Part shown: positions 7,202-16,771 of the stretch, in pieces
How the letters are laid out: each line of letters opens with the position of its first letter
Position numbering within the stretch: the first letter of the stretch is position 1
Source: an uncultured Bacteriovoracaceae bacterium
GTDB lineage: Bacteria > Bdellovibrionota > Bacteriovoracia > Bacteriovoracales > Bacteriovoracaceae
Reading direction: 5' to 3'
DNA: 25,297 nt
Assembly (NCBI GenBank): GCA_964012805.1
Contig: CAXGUD010000050.1
Coordinates: forward strand, 1-25,297
Translations under genes and position numbers: made by a program
Notes under the pieces: model-generated
Database searches by the model: none
What the model saw: only the letters and a program-made list of their open reading frames with translations
What the model was told of the DNA's origin: nothing

Positions 7202-8629
7202 TTAGATAATGTTAACTTCGACAACTCTTGGGTCAAGAATCCTTGGGGGAGGCAGTGTGGGCTTGGCCCCTTTTCTTCCACCTTTTTTCCACCGGCATAA
7301 TTGCCTTTTATAGTTGAGTACTTCTTTATCAGTAGGTTCTTTAAGTGGAATGTTAATGAAGCTCTCAAGTTTATAAGTGGACTTTCCAAACTTTCCTTCA
7401 GAAATGCAGCGGAATAAATTTCCTGCCACACCAAAACTTACCTTAGCTTTTTTAAGCACCTTTTTTCTTTCTTTGTATGTGGATTCGTCCACGCCACTAA
7501 GTTCTTTAACAAGATAATTTTTAAAGTCTTCTTCTGTATTGAAAGGACTGGGCTCGATTTTGTCTTCGGGTGAGCCATCTCTGTATTTAAAGAAATCACT
7601 TAGTTGATCCTCCGATAATTCTGGAAAAAGAGCTTTTAACTGAGAGAGTGTAATCTTATTGAGATTGATAGTTGTTACTTGATGGACAGAAAGTCTATCT
7701 TTAAAAAGGTCAACAATGGCGTCAGGCCAACCTTGAAGTGTATAGAGCTCACTTATGGAAGTCATAGGTGCGTGTTTGGCTTTTACGTTCATATAGTTGG
7801 CATCAACTTCAGCTTTTTGCGATTCAGGCATATCACCATTGGCGCGCACAAAGTATTTTAGCTCTCTTATGAGTTTGAAGGCTTCTAAATCTCCATATTT
7901 ATCTTCAAAATCTTCGTCTTCCTCTTTCTTTTGTTCAAGAAGATTCGCTAATGTTTTTGTTAAATCTGACTCTATAATTTCAGCTATACTTCTTTTATCA
8001 TTATTTTGATCCTCTTCATCATCTTCATCTTCATCACTGCCTTCATTGTTGCTTTCATCGAAACTATCATTTCGATCATCATACCTATCATCCATCTTAC
8101 ACTCAAAACCTGATGGGTCCCCACCACCAGGGGATTGAGAATTAGACTTTTTCATTTTTCTTTTTAAACGAAGTGCGTTTGGATTAAGAAATCCTGTAAC
8201 AGGGTTGCATTGGACAAATAGATCACCAATTATGAGAAGCTCTTTTTCAAAATCAGCAAGGGCGCTCTTTTGAAGACCACCTGCACCCTTACCCATGGGT
8301 ATAGGGATTTTAAACGGTTTTGTCACAAGTCCTTCAAGCATACTAGGTGATAGTTGTTTTTTTAGGGCCTTATTCTTCTCTAGGGTATCTCTGGCTTCTT
8401 TATAAATTCTAAGTTGTGATAAAGCAAAAATGAGACCTGATTCAGCATTCAGCCTTGCTTGAAACTTTCCTCTTAAATTATCAATTTTGGTTTTATTAAG
8501 AAATGTTTCAAATTTTATTTCAGAAAGGAGGAAGGTCAAAAGAGTTATAGCGACAAGAACCATTAAAATGGCAACACCACTTTGACTTTGTGCTCTGAAA
8601 GGAAAGTTCTTCTTTATTTTATTATCCAT
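7202..8629 (-). CDS. gspK: Minor pseudopilin GspK
   Basis: QSG|VAILMVL class III signal lacking Glu5 (typical of GspK), QARLNAESG, SISELYTLQG, INLN helix-hairpin-helix-like region. Confidence 0.88.
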   Translation of the reverse strand: MDNKIKKNFPFRAQSQSGVAILMVLVAITLLTFLLSEIKFETFLNKTKIDNLRGKFQARLNAESGLIFALSQLRIYKEARDTLEKNKALKKQLSPSMLEGLVTKPFKIPIPMGKGAGGLQKSALADFEKELLIIGDLFVQCNPVTGFLNPNALRLKRKMKKSNSQSPGGGDPSGFECKMDDRYDDRNDSFDESNNEGSDEDEDDEEDQNNDKRSIAEIIESDLTKTLANLLEQKKEEDEDFEDKYGDLEAFKLIRELKYFVRANGDMPESQKAEVDANYMNVKAKHAPMTSISELYTLQGWPDAIVDLFKDRLSVHQVTTINLNKITLSQLKALFPELSEDQLSDFFKYRDGSPEDKIEPSPFNTEEDFKNYLVKELSGVDESTYKERKKVLKKAKVSFGVAGNLFRCISEGKFGKSTYKLESFINIPLKEPTDKEVLNYKRQLCRWKKGGRKGAKPTLPPPRILDPRVVEVNII

Positions 8630-8659
8630 AAATCATATTCATTTTTTAGGTTATTTTCA

Positions 8660-9496
8660 TTAATTTTTAGAATCATCTTTTTTTGTATCGAAAATAGGCC
8701 AAAGAGGCCTTGTGACTCTTGTCGCTATTTTTTCCTGATTTCTTTTATTAACCCATTTAACAGTGACCTTTATAGATCTTAAGTTTGTTGCTTTTGGGTC
8801 ATTAAGGTCTCTTAAGTTTTCAACATACTTTTCTCTTTTAGAGTCCCAAAACTCGAATTTGAGACTCTTAACAAATCTTAGTAGAATTTGTGGCTTTATT
8901 TTTGACCAGTCTATGTCCTCACGGTAAATATCATCTGGTATGTAAGTTCGAATGAGTTCGTAGGGGGCGGCTCCTTTTAGGGCCTCGATATCCTCGTCAT
9001 CTGACTTTAATGTAATATTTCTTAGGGAGTACCTAACCCAAGCGTATTGAGATTGCTTTACGTTTTCAAACTTTCTTTTGTTTGAAGATGTTAGAAAAGC
9101 AAACCCTTTATCATCATCGATTAAAGGAATGGGGAGACCATCACTACTTTCTCTAGGAAACATTTTTGTTGGCCTATAAGGAAAAATTCTCGTTTGGGGG
9201 TCATTATCTTGATAAGAGTAACGATTTTGTCTTCTTTGAGGTTTTTTTGGTCCAGAAAAATAGAGTGGAGAATAGATTTGAGTTAAGTCTAAGTTCAACC
9301 TTTCCATAGCCATTTCGGTTTGAATAATTTCGTTATCCCCAACTATAATTTTGTCTTTAATCGCAGTTGCTTGGTCGGTTGAGCGAAGGACTTCTACCAT
9401 AATGTAAGATAGAAGAGTAATAGAAACAATGACTTCAATAAGTGAAAGACCAGATTCTCTCTTAAAATTGGAAGGGTCATACTTTGTTTTTATCAT
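8660..9496 (-). CDS. gspJ: Minor pseudopilin GspJ
   Basis: ESG|LSLIEVIVSITLL prepilin motif, AMERLNLDL, VKSLKFEFWD. ATGA overlap with the gspI stop. Confidence 0.85.
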   Translation of the reverse strand: MIKTKYDPSNFKRESGLSLIEVIVSITLLSYIMVEVLRSTDQATAIKDKIIVGDNEIIQTEMAMERLNLDLTQIYSPLYFSGPKKPQRRQNRYSYQDNDPQTRIFPYRPTKMFPRESSDGLPIPLIDDDKGFAFLTSSNKRKFENVKQSQYAWVRYSLRNITLKSDDEDIEALKGAAPYELIRTYIPDDIYREDIDWSKIKPQILLRFVKSLKFEFWDSKREKYVENLRDLNDPKATNLRSIKVTVKWVNKRNQEKIATRVTRPLWPIFDTKKDDSKN

Positions 9497-10032
9497 ATTG
9501 ATATTTTCACTTTAGCCTTTGAGTTATAAAGCCATGTAGAAAGAGTAAATTTATTCTTAGAAATTTTGTTTTCTACAGTAACTTTGGCCTGCCAAATTAA
9601 TCGCTCCATATGTTTTTTTGCAATCCCATAAATCTTTTTTTGGATAAGTGCAGCAGCACCGCCACTGCCACCTCCTTCTTCACCTTCTTCTTTTCCTGTC
9701 CCCATAATTTTTCCCATATCTGGGAGCTTAAACTGTTTGTATTCTATGGTGTATATATAATCATCAACGTTTTCAATGTCTTTATCTTCAAACTTTTTTG
9801 TTTCTGGCTTCATTGTTAAACCAGGTCCAAAAGCAGGAGGAGAAATAACAAGCTCGTTAATCTTTCTTTGACAAAGTTCTTTAAGGACGATCCTCTCTTT
9901 CATAAGAGTCGATTGAAAAAGGTTAAAGCCAATAGAAGTTCCAAAAGCAGTAAAAAATATGGTGAAGACGAAAAGAGCTATCATAATTTCAAGGAGTGAA
10001 AAACCACTTTCTTCAGTTGATAAAGCGAGCAT
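9493..10032 (-). CDS. gspI: Minor pseudopilin GspI
   Basis: ESG|FSLLEIMIALF prepilin motif. Start reassigned to ATG 10032, which lies 1 nt after the gspH TAA and gives a normal short leader. Confidence 0.82.
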   Translation of the reverse strand: MLALSTEESGFSLLEIMIALFVFTIFFTAFGTSIGFNLFQSTLMKERIVLKELCQRKINELVISPPAFGPGLTMKPETKKFEDKDIENVDDYIYTIEYKQFKLPDMGKIMGTGKEEGEEGGGSGGAAALIQKKIYGIAKKHMERLIWQAKVTVENKISKNKFTLSTWLYNSKAKVKISI

Positions 10033-10033
10033 T

Positions 10034-10723
10034 TTATTTTTTACTTTTCCATTCCAAAAAAATTTCATCGGCCAGGTCTCTTTGTTTATCATAAATTTCT
10101 TCTTCAGTATTCTCTTGAAGTTCAAGGGGCCTATACTCTCTTCTAAATTCTTGAATAAAAGGGTTAATTTCTACAAAAGCAACTTCTATGTCATTGCCTA
10201 ATATAATAATAGCACTATCTTTTTCTCCAGTAGGGTAGGTAAAGAGTGAAGCATTCCCTTCAGTAATCAATTGGTCATAATCTGCAGTTCCAATGCCAAT
10301 AAACCTTGTGTAACCACTCAACTCTTTTTCTTCTTCCTGAAACTCTTCAATTTTGTTGAACTTTCTGTCTAGTTTTTTTGCCTTTAATTCTTCTTCCTCT
10401 CTTTCACTTTCGGATAGATTTTTACCCATCCTAATTTTAGGAAGAACAAAAGAGCCTTCAGGTCCATATTGAAGGGAATAACTTTGATTAGGATTTTCTT
10501 CATTTCCAAGCTTTATTTGAAGTCTTATAAGAGTATTTCTTAAAGCCGCTTCACTTCCTGAAAAACGTATGGCCCTCTCCATATTGTTCAGGCCTTCATT
10601 TATATTTCTTCTAGGATTACTGATGTTGACAATTAAGGTGCCATAAAGACCAGCTGCTATAGCGAGGGCGATCAAAATTTCGAGGAGTGAGAACCCTTTT
10701 TGATCTTTAAGCAGCTGGTTCAT
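10034..10723 (-). CDS. gspH: Minor pseudopilin GspH
   Basis: QKG|FSLLEILIALAI prepilin motif, FTYPTGE, and position between gspG and gspI. Confidence 0.82.
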   Translation of the reverse strand: MNQLLKDQKGFSLLEILIALAIAAGLYGTLIVNISNPRRNINEGLNNMERAIRFSGSEAALRNTLIRLQIKLGNEENPNQSYSLQYGPEGSFVLPKIRMGKNLSESEREEEELKAKKLDRKFNKIEEFQEEEKELSGYTRFIGIGTADYDQLITEGNASLFTYPTGEKDSAIIILGNDIEVAFVEINPFIQEFRREYRPLELQENTEEEIYDKQRDLADEIFLEWKSKK

Positions 10724-10728
10724 AGAGT

Positions 10729-11229
10729 TTACTTACCTCTTCTTCTTCTTTTTTTACGGAAAGGGATGTCAGCATCTTGATCTTCTCCACCCTCTTGCTT
10801 ATCAGCACCGAAAGATAAAAGAGAAAACTTTTTTCCATTAGAAGTATATTGATATTCTCCTTCCCAAGGATCCAGAGGAATCTCAGCGTCTTCACCAACA
10901 TAACCACCAGTATTGTAGTTAGTACATTCTCTTCCCGTCGTTGGTTTTTCTTCTAAAGCAAGAAGACCTTGTTCCGTTGTAGGGTAGACATTGCAGTCAG
11001 CTTTGTAAGATCTAAGCATATTAGCAATATTCCCCATTTGTGTTTTAGCCGTGCTCACTCTTCCTTTATGCATACTTTCAAACATTTTTCCCGCAACAAA
11101 AGTACCAGCACCAGCTAGTAGTGCGAGAGCAATAAGAATTTCTAAAAGTGAAAAACCCTTTTCGCTCTTAGATACAGTTTTTTTGATTTCTGTGTTTGTT
11201 TCCGGTCTCATTCTTTCTATCTCCTTCAT
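10729..11229 (-). CDS. gspG: Major pseudopilin GspG
   Basis: EKG|FSLLEIL, YPTTEQGLLAL, PLDPWEGEYQY, and the SFGADKQEGGEDQDADI Ca-binding loop. The start may instead be the second Met (11211). Confidence 0.93.
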   Translation of the reverse strand: MKEIERMRPETNTEIKKTVSKSEKGFSLLEILIALALLAGAGTFVAGKMFESMHKGRVSTAKTQMGNIANMLRSYKADCNVYPTTEQGLLALEEKPTTGRECTNYNTGGYVGEDAEIPLDPWEGEYQYTSNGKKFSLLSFGADKQEGGEDQDADIPFRKKRRRRGK

Positions 11230-11250
11230 TGAAAACTATTTTTTTAAAGA

Positions 11251-12456
11251 TTAAACACTTTGTAGTTCCATCATTGGCATGACAATCGCAAAAACAACAA
11301 AACCAACGATCAAGCCCATGCCCAACATCATTATAGGTTCAATGATGGAGGTTAGTCCACCGAGTTTTGCATCGACCTGCTCTTCAAAGTTTTCCGCAAC
11401 AATTTGAAGCATAGGTTCTAATTCTCCTGACTTTTCTCCAAGCTTTATCATATGAGTCACCATAATAGGAAAGTGTCCACATTTGACAAGAGGACCCACC
11501 ATAGAGGCACCTTCAGAAACAGAAACCCTTGCTTCATCAACAGCTGTTGCCAAGTGAACATTCGATATTAGGTTCGTAACAATTTTCATCGAAGCGAGAA
11601 TTGGGACTCCTGAGTTCAGAAGTGTCGACAAAGTCGAACAAAAACGGCTTATATTAATCATTCGAGTGAGTCCTCCAACCACAGGTAGTTTGAGGAGAAG
11701 ACTATCCCAGTTGGCTTTCCCTTTTTTTGTTTCAACATAACGGTTTCCAAGAAACCAAGAGGCAAAGCCGCCAAGAAATACGGCCCACCAGTAACTCTGG
11801 AGAAAATTAGAAAGCCAAATACAGATTTCTGTTTGCAGAGGTAGCTCTTTTTTCATGCTGACAAAAATTTTCGTAATTTTTGGGATAATGGCCACGAATA
11901 TGATGGTCATCATAATGGCGCCACCTATCAAAATTACGAGAGGGTAGGTCATAGCGCCTTTAATTCTATTTTTGAGTTTAACCTGGCTTTCACTGAATTC
12001 TGCGAGTCTTAAAAGGACTATTTCTAAAGTACCGGATGCTTCACCAGCATCAACCATGTTTACATAAACATTTGTGAAAATTTTTGGATAATCTCCCATT
12101 GCATTTGCAAGAGAGCTCCCTTCATTAACTTTTTGCTTAATTTCAGAAAGAATGACTTTAAGTGTTGGGTTTTCTGTTTGTTCTTGAAGAGCTTGAAACG
12201 CTTCGACAATTTGAACTTTGGCCTTAATAAGTGTTGCAAGCTGCCTTGTCATGAGAGAAATGTCTTGAATATCAACGCCTGTACCAAAAGAAAACCCACT
12301 TTTCTTTTGTTTTTTTGATTTTTGCTCCTTAACTTCTAGAAGCATAATCTTCATTTGCTTTATTTTTTGTTTAGCTTGACCTTCATTTTCAGCATTGAGG
12401 TTTCCTTTAACCTCTTGTCCTTGTTTGTTTAATCCTTTGTAAGTATAGATTGCCAT
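11251..12456 (-). CDS. gspF: Inner-membrane platform protein GspF
   Basis: MAIYTYKG, TRQLATLI, GEASGTLEIVLLRLA, AMTYP, GEKSGEL, IIEP; three TM segments. Confidence 0.95.
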   Translation of the reverse strand: MAIYTYKGLNKQGQEVKGNLNAENEGQAKQKIKQMKIMLLEVKEQKSKKQKKSGFSFGTGVDIQDISLMTRQLATLIKAKVQIVEAFQALQEQTENPTLKVILSEIKQKVNEGSSLANAMGDYPKIFTNVYVNMVDAGEASGTLEIVLLRLAEFSESQVKLKNRIKGAMTYPLVILIGGAIMMTIIFVAIIPKITKIFVSMKKELPLQTEICIWLSNFLQSYWWAVFLGGFASWFLGNRYVETKKGKANWDSLLLKLPVVGGLTRMINISRFCSTLSTLLNSGVPILASMKIVTNLISNVHLATAVDEARVSVSEGASMVGPLVKCGHFPIMVTHMIKLGEKSGELEPMLQIVAENFEEQVDAKLGGLTSIIEPIMMLGMGLIVGFVVFAIVMPMMELQSV

Positions 12457-12489
12457 TATTTTACCCTAGTAAATCCTCATGCTTTAGAA

Positions 12490-14235
12490 TCATTTTTTAG
12501 AAGCTGACTCGTCTTCTTCCTCTTCTTGGATGGCCCTAATGACTTCATCTACAGAAGTGATACCTCTAAAAATTTTATCAACCGCATCTTGCCTTAAAGT
12601 CCTCATGCCTTGTTTCATACCAAGTTTTTTAACAGAGCCTGCATCCGCTTTTTGAAGGATAAGTGGCTTGAGTTCGTCAGTAACAGTGAGAAGCTCACAA
12701 ACTGTTGTTCGACCAGCGTAGCCTTTAAAGTTACATTTTGCGCAACCAACAGCTTTATAGACTGTTGCCCACTCAGGCTTTTCATCAACCTGGAGGATTT
12801 CCAGCTCTTCCGCAGTTAAATCTGCAGGCTCTTTACATTCATTACAAAGCGTTTGAATAAGTCTTTGTGCCAAGATAGCTGCGAGAGAAGAGGCAATCAA
12901 GAAGGGTTGGACACCCATATCGATCAACCGGTTAGGAGCTGAGGCGGCATCATTGGTGTGAAGAGTAGAAAGGACAAAGTGACCTGTTAAAGAAGCCTCG
13001 ATGGCCATCATAGCAGTCTCTTTATCCCTTGTTTCACCAACCATAATGACATCGGGGTCTTGCCTTACAATAGCCCTTAATGCTCTAGGAAAAGTGAGGT
13101 CAATTTTCTGGTTAACCTGAATTTGAGAAATACCCCCCATTTCATATTCGACTGGATCTTCAACAGTAATAATCATTTTGTCAGGACTGTTTATTCTATC
13201 AAGCAGGGCAAAGAGAGTTGTGGTTTTCCCTGAACCTGTGGGTCCAGTCACGTAAACAACACCATGCTTTCTTTTTGAGAGAGCGTCGAGGTCTTGAAGA
13301 ACTTTTCCGGTGAAACCAAGGAATTCGAGGTCCATGATCTTGCCACTTTTCTCGAGAACCCTCATAACAATTCTTTCCCCATTTTGGATAGGGACCGTAC
13401 TTAAACGAATGTCGACATCTTTACCGGCCATTTTAATTTTTATACGGCCATCTTGGGGCAACCTTTTTTCAGCAATATCGAGCTTGGCCATAACCTTAAG
13501 CCTAGAGCTTACGGCTGCTTGTGTTTTAAGAGGTTGTCTTAAAATTTCAGTCATAATTCCGTTAATTCTAAACCTGTAGATGACTTCCTTCTCATAGGGT
13601 TCAATATGAATATCTGAACAGCGTTCTTTAACGGCCCTAAAGATAATGGAGTTTACAAAGCGGATAACGGGAGCTTCATCAGCACCAGCATCTAAAATAT
13701 CTATTGGTCCTTCAAGGTCAAGGTTTTCCTCAAACTCATCTTCTAGGGAATCGACGATATTTTTGTTCGCCTTTTCATAAACTTTGTTAATCGCGTCTTC
13801 TATGACACTTGATTCCGCAACAGAAATAGAAATATGTTTTTTAAATATTTCTGTTAGATCTCCAACGATATCTGATTTTAAAGGGTCACTTAAAACGACA
13901 GTGAATTCATCATCGGTCTGGAGGAGGGGGAGGACCTCTTTTTGTTTAGCATAGTTAATGGGGATCTCTTGAGTAAGATCAGGATCTATTTCATCCACAT
14001 TAATTTCATCTAAATAAGGAATCTCTAGTTGGTAGCAAATAACTTTGGTAATATCCTGAGGCTTTATATAGTCTTTTTGAAGAAGGATTTCTCCAAGAAG
14101 CATTCCTGTCACTTCTTGAATTTGCAATGCTTCCTCTAGCTGATCTTGTTTGAGGTCTGTAAACCTAACGAGGAGTTCACCAATTCTTTCCTTTGGTTTT
14201 TCAAGCCTTCTTAATTTATCCTCAGAGATCTCCAA
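12490..14235 (-). CDS. gspE: Secretion ATPase GspE with an MshEN-like N-terminus
   Basis: SDIHIEP, LDIAEKRLPQDGR, Walker A GPTGSGKT, TVEDPVEY, Walker B DPDVIMVGE, GHFVLSTLH, CxxC...CxxC. TTG start after GAGGAG. Confidence 0.95.
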   Translation of the reverse strand: MEISEDKLRRLEKPKERIGELLVRFTDLKQDQLEEALQIQEVTGMLLGEILLQKDYIKPQDITKVICYQLEIPYLDEINVDEIDPDLTQEIPINYAKQKEVLPLLQTDDEFTVVLSDPLKSDIVGDLTEIFKKHISISVAESSVIEDAINKVYEKANKNIVDSLEDEFEENLDLEGPIDILDAGADEAPVIRFVNSIIFRAVKERCSDIHIEPYEKEVIYRFRINGIMTEILRQPLKTQAAVSSRLKVMAKLDIAEKRLPQDGRIKIKMAGKDVDIRLSTVPIQNGERIVMRVLEKSGKIMDLEFLGFTGKVLQDLDALSKRKHGVVYVTGPTGSGKTTTLFALLDRINSPDKMIITVEDPVEYEMGGISQIQVNQKIDLTFPRALRAIVRQDPDVIMVGETRDKETAMMAIEASLTGHFVLSTLHTNDAASAPNRLIDMGVQPFLIASSLAAILAQRLIQTLCNECKEPADLTAEELEILQVDEKPEWATVYKAVGCAKCNFKGYAGRTTVCELLTVTDELKPLILQKADAGSVKKLGMKQGMRTLRQDAVDKIFRGITSVDEVIRAIQEEEEDESASKK

Positions 14236-14261
14236 TTTCTGCTCCTCTTTTTAATAGACAC

Positions 14262-16655
14262 TTATCTCTGTTTTGCTCTTTCAATAGCTTTTTTGATATC
14301 TCCAGTTGTACCTAAACCATCTAGCTCTGGCGGAACTTTGCTAGGCGCAGAGCTTTGGCTTTTAACTTTTTGAAAAATAGCTTTATAGTCTGGGATATTT
14401 TTTTTATTTTTATTGGTAAGATCCACTTCGTTACTATCTTCAGAATTTGTTTGAAGTGTATCATTTCCTCTATATTCCTTTCCATCTTCCTCGTCAAAAA
14501 GAGGACCTTTTTCCTGCTCATTTGCCTTTTGGTAAAGACCCTTAACAGTTGTCTTGAAAGGATCATTTTCTCCAAGAGACCCTTTAAGATGAAGATTTCT
14601 TCTATTAAGAAGATTCTTTAATGTTTTCGCTGTTTTCTTCTCGTAAGTCGATAAAATCTTCGGTGTTAAGAAGAAAAGAAGGTTAACCTTGGCAAGTGAT
14701 CTTTCTTTGTTTTTAAAGAGCCAACCCACAACTGGTATATCTCCAAGGAGGGGAACTTTATTTGTTTTAATTGTCTCTTTATCTCTCATGAGGCCACCCA
14801 TAGCAATGGTGTCTAAGTCTCTAACAACAACCGTTGTATTGGCCATTCTAAGTGTCGTTGCATAACCGCCAGAACCACGAATTTCCCTACCTGAGAAGTC
14901 TTCGATCTTTTGCTCAATTTTTAACTTAACAAAACGGGTTACCTTATTAATTTGTGGGGTAATTTTAAGAGAGAGCGTAACTTTCTGGTTTTTAATCGAG
15001 GTTGAGGAGCTTCCATTGGCCGCATTTGTTTTTTCAGGAACTGGAACACTTTCACCTACTTCAAAATAAGCTTCTGTGTTATCGAGCGCCAAAATTTGAG
15101 GCGTGGCCAGAACATTAGTATTACTATCTGTCGCAATGGCAGTGATGAGGGCATTAACAGAGTTAATTTTAACTTCGCTTCCACCTACATTTGTTGTGTA
15201 TGTTTTTCCAAGTCCACCACCAATGAAGAGTCCACTTAAATTTGTTATTCCGGTTGTTAAAAGGCCAATGAGGTCGTTATCAGAGTTTAAACCGTATCTT
15301 TGGGCATTCCCCGTACCATAAGCACCACCAATTTTAACCCCAAACCCTTTGTCTTTATTGATCTGAGTTTCCATGATCATGCCCTCGACGTAAACTTGGT
15401 CCCTTGCTACATCGAGTTTTTTGATGACGGTTTTTATCGTAAGGTAATCAGTGGGAGAAGCTGTTACAACGAGTGCGTTATTCGATTTGTCTGCAGTGAT
15501 CTTTACGGCCTCATTAAATAAAGTTCCTCCGGCAGATCCCCGGCTGAATCTAGATCCCGACCTGCCTCCTCTTGAACTGCTAACAAGAGCAGAGAGCGTT
15601 TTGGCCAGGGTTTCAGCATCTCCATGGTTTAAATAGTAGACATGAATTTTTCCACCGCCCGAGGCAATGAGTTTAACATCTAGCTTTTTGATAAGGTCTC
15701 TTAATTGTTTGGCACCCTCTGCATTGGCCATAGCTATAATAGCATTTGTTCTTGGTTCGGCAATTATCTTACTTATGTTTTCACCTTTTTTGTTTCCTCT
15801 TGATGAACGTGAGCGTCCACCTGAACGACCTTTAAGGATTTTATCTAGGAGCTTGGCGATTTCTTGAGCCGAGGAGTGTTTTACTTTAATGATTTGGAGG
15901 GACTCTTCGTGGCCAGGTACATCAATAAACTTAATGAGTCTAACCAATCTGTTTATATTGGCCCCTGTATCTTGAACGATAATGGTGTTGGTTTGTTTAA
16001 TATCGATAATTCTTCCGTACCGAGACATAAAAGGTCTAAAACTTCTTGTAACCTCAGTACTATTGACGTTTTTAAGGGTTATAATCCTCATGACGTAGTT
16101 TTCAGTTTCCGGAGTGTAGGTGCCTGTATAAATTTTGGTCGGCGTATACCGGATGTCTCTCGATTGAACAATTTTATAAAAAGACCCAGATTTAACTAGA
16201 GTATAGCCATTAATATTAAGTGCCGTTAAATAAGCTTTCCAAGCATCACCAACAGTGATCGCGGTAGGCGCCATAATGCTTACCTTACCTTTTAAGTCTC
16301 TATCTAAGATGAGGTTGATTCCCGTTAATTTTTGCATGTGTTTTGTTAAATCAACGAGGGTGGTTTTTTCAAAATCAAAGCTTTCTACAACTTCGGGGCC
16401 AAATGCTGTTTCTGGATTGAGGTTTACATACTCATCAGACTTTTTAACACCTTTTAGATTTGATATACCAGTACCTCTCCCAAAAACGTCATTGGGGTCC
16501 GCTGGTCCTCCTCGAAGACTCCCTGAGGACGAGTTGTATTTTGTTTTACTTTTGTACTTATTAAATTGAGAGAACCCATCTCCTGCAAACAGCAATGATA
16601 AAATCATTGGCAAATAACGAAGCCAAGGTTTTTTGAGTATTTCATATCTTTTCAT
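14262..16655 (-). CDS. gspD: Secretin GspD
   Basis: Signal peptide, N0 (LKGKVSIMAP) and repeated N domains (TNTIIV, TNAIIA, NNALVV), LDVARDQVYVEGMIME, NVLATPQILALDN, KVPLLGDIPVVGWLFK, LLFFLTPKIL. Confidence 0.96.
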   Translation of the reverse strand: MKRYEILKKPWLRYLPMILSLLFAGDGFSQFNKYKSKTKYNSSSGSLRGGPADPNDVFGRGTGISNLKGVKKSDEYVNLNPETAFGPEVVESFDFEKTTLVDLTKHMQKLTGINLILDRDLKGKVSIMAPTAITVGDAWKAYLTALNINGYTLVKSGSFYKIVQSRDIRYTPTKIYTGTYTPETENYVMRIITLKNVNSTEVTRSFRPFMSRYGRIIDIKQTNTIIVQDTGANINRLVRLIKFIDVPGHEESLQIIKVKHSSAQEIAKLLDKILKGRSGGRSRSSRGNKKGENISKIIAEPRTNAIIAMANAEGAKQLRDLIKKLDVKLIASGGGKIHVYYLNHGDAETLAKTLSALVSSSRGGRSGSRFSRGSAGGTLFNEAVKITADKSNNALVVTASPTDYLTIKTVIKKLDVARDQVYVEGMIMETQINKDKGFGVKIGGAYGTGNAQRYGLNSDNDLIGLLTTGITNLSGLFIGGGLGKTYTTNVGGSEVKINSVNALITAIATDSNTNVLATPQILALDNTEAYFEVGESVPVPEKTNAANGSSSTSIKNQKVTLSLKITPQINKVTRFVKLKIEQKIEDFSGREIRGSGGYATTLRMANTTVVVRDLDTIAMGGLMRDKETIKTNKVPLLGDIPVVGWLFKNKERSLAKVNLLFFLTPKILSTYEKKTAKTLKNLLNRRNLHLKGSLGENDPFKTTVKGLYQKANEQEKGPLFDEEDGKEYRGNDTLQTNSEDSNEVDLTNKNKKNIPDYKAIFQKVKSQSSAPSKVPPELDGLGTTGDIKKAIERAKQR

Positions 16656-16771
16656 CTTATAAGACCCTTTTTAAAGATCAGCCTTCTGTGAGGACTTTTC
16701 TATGAAACATATTCTTTTTAATTTAGCAAAATGTCTTATTGAAAATATTTCGTAAACTTTTATTTTTTCTT

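Noticed and set aside
10033..10125. Long N-terminal leader of GspI given in the ORF track
   Set aside because: It overlaps gspH by about 90 nt. ATG 10032 directly follows the gspH stop and gives a normal prepilin leader.
10655..11165. Identical KGFSLLEILIALA in GspG and GspH as a recent duplication or gene conversion
   Set aside because: The codons differ at many synonymous positions, which indicates protein-level constraint on the prepilin motif.
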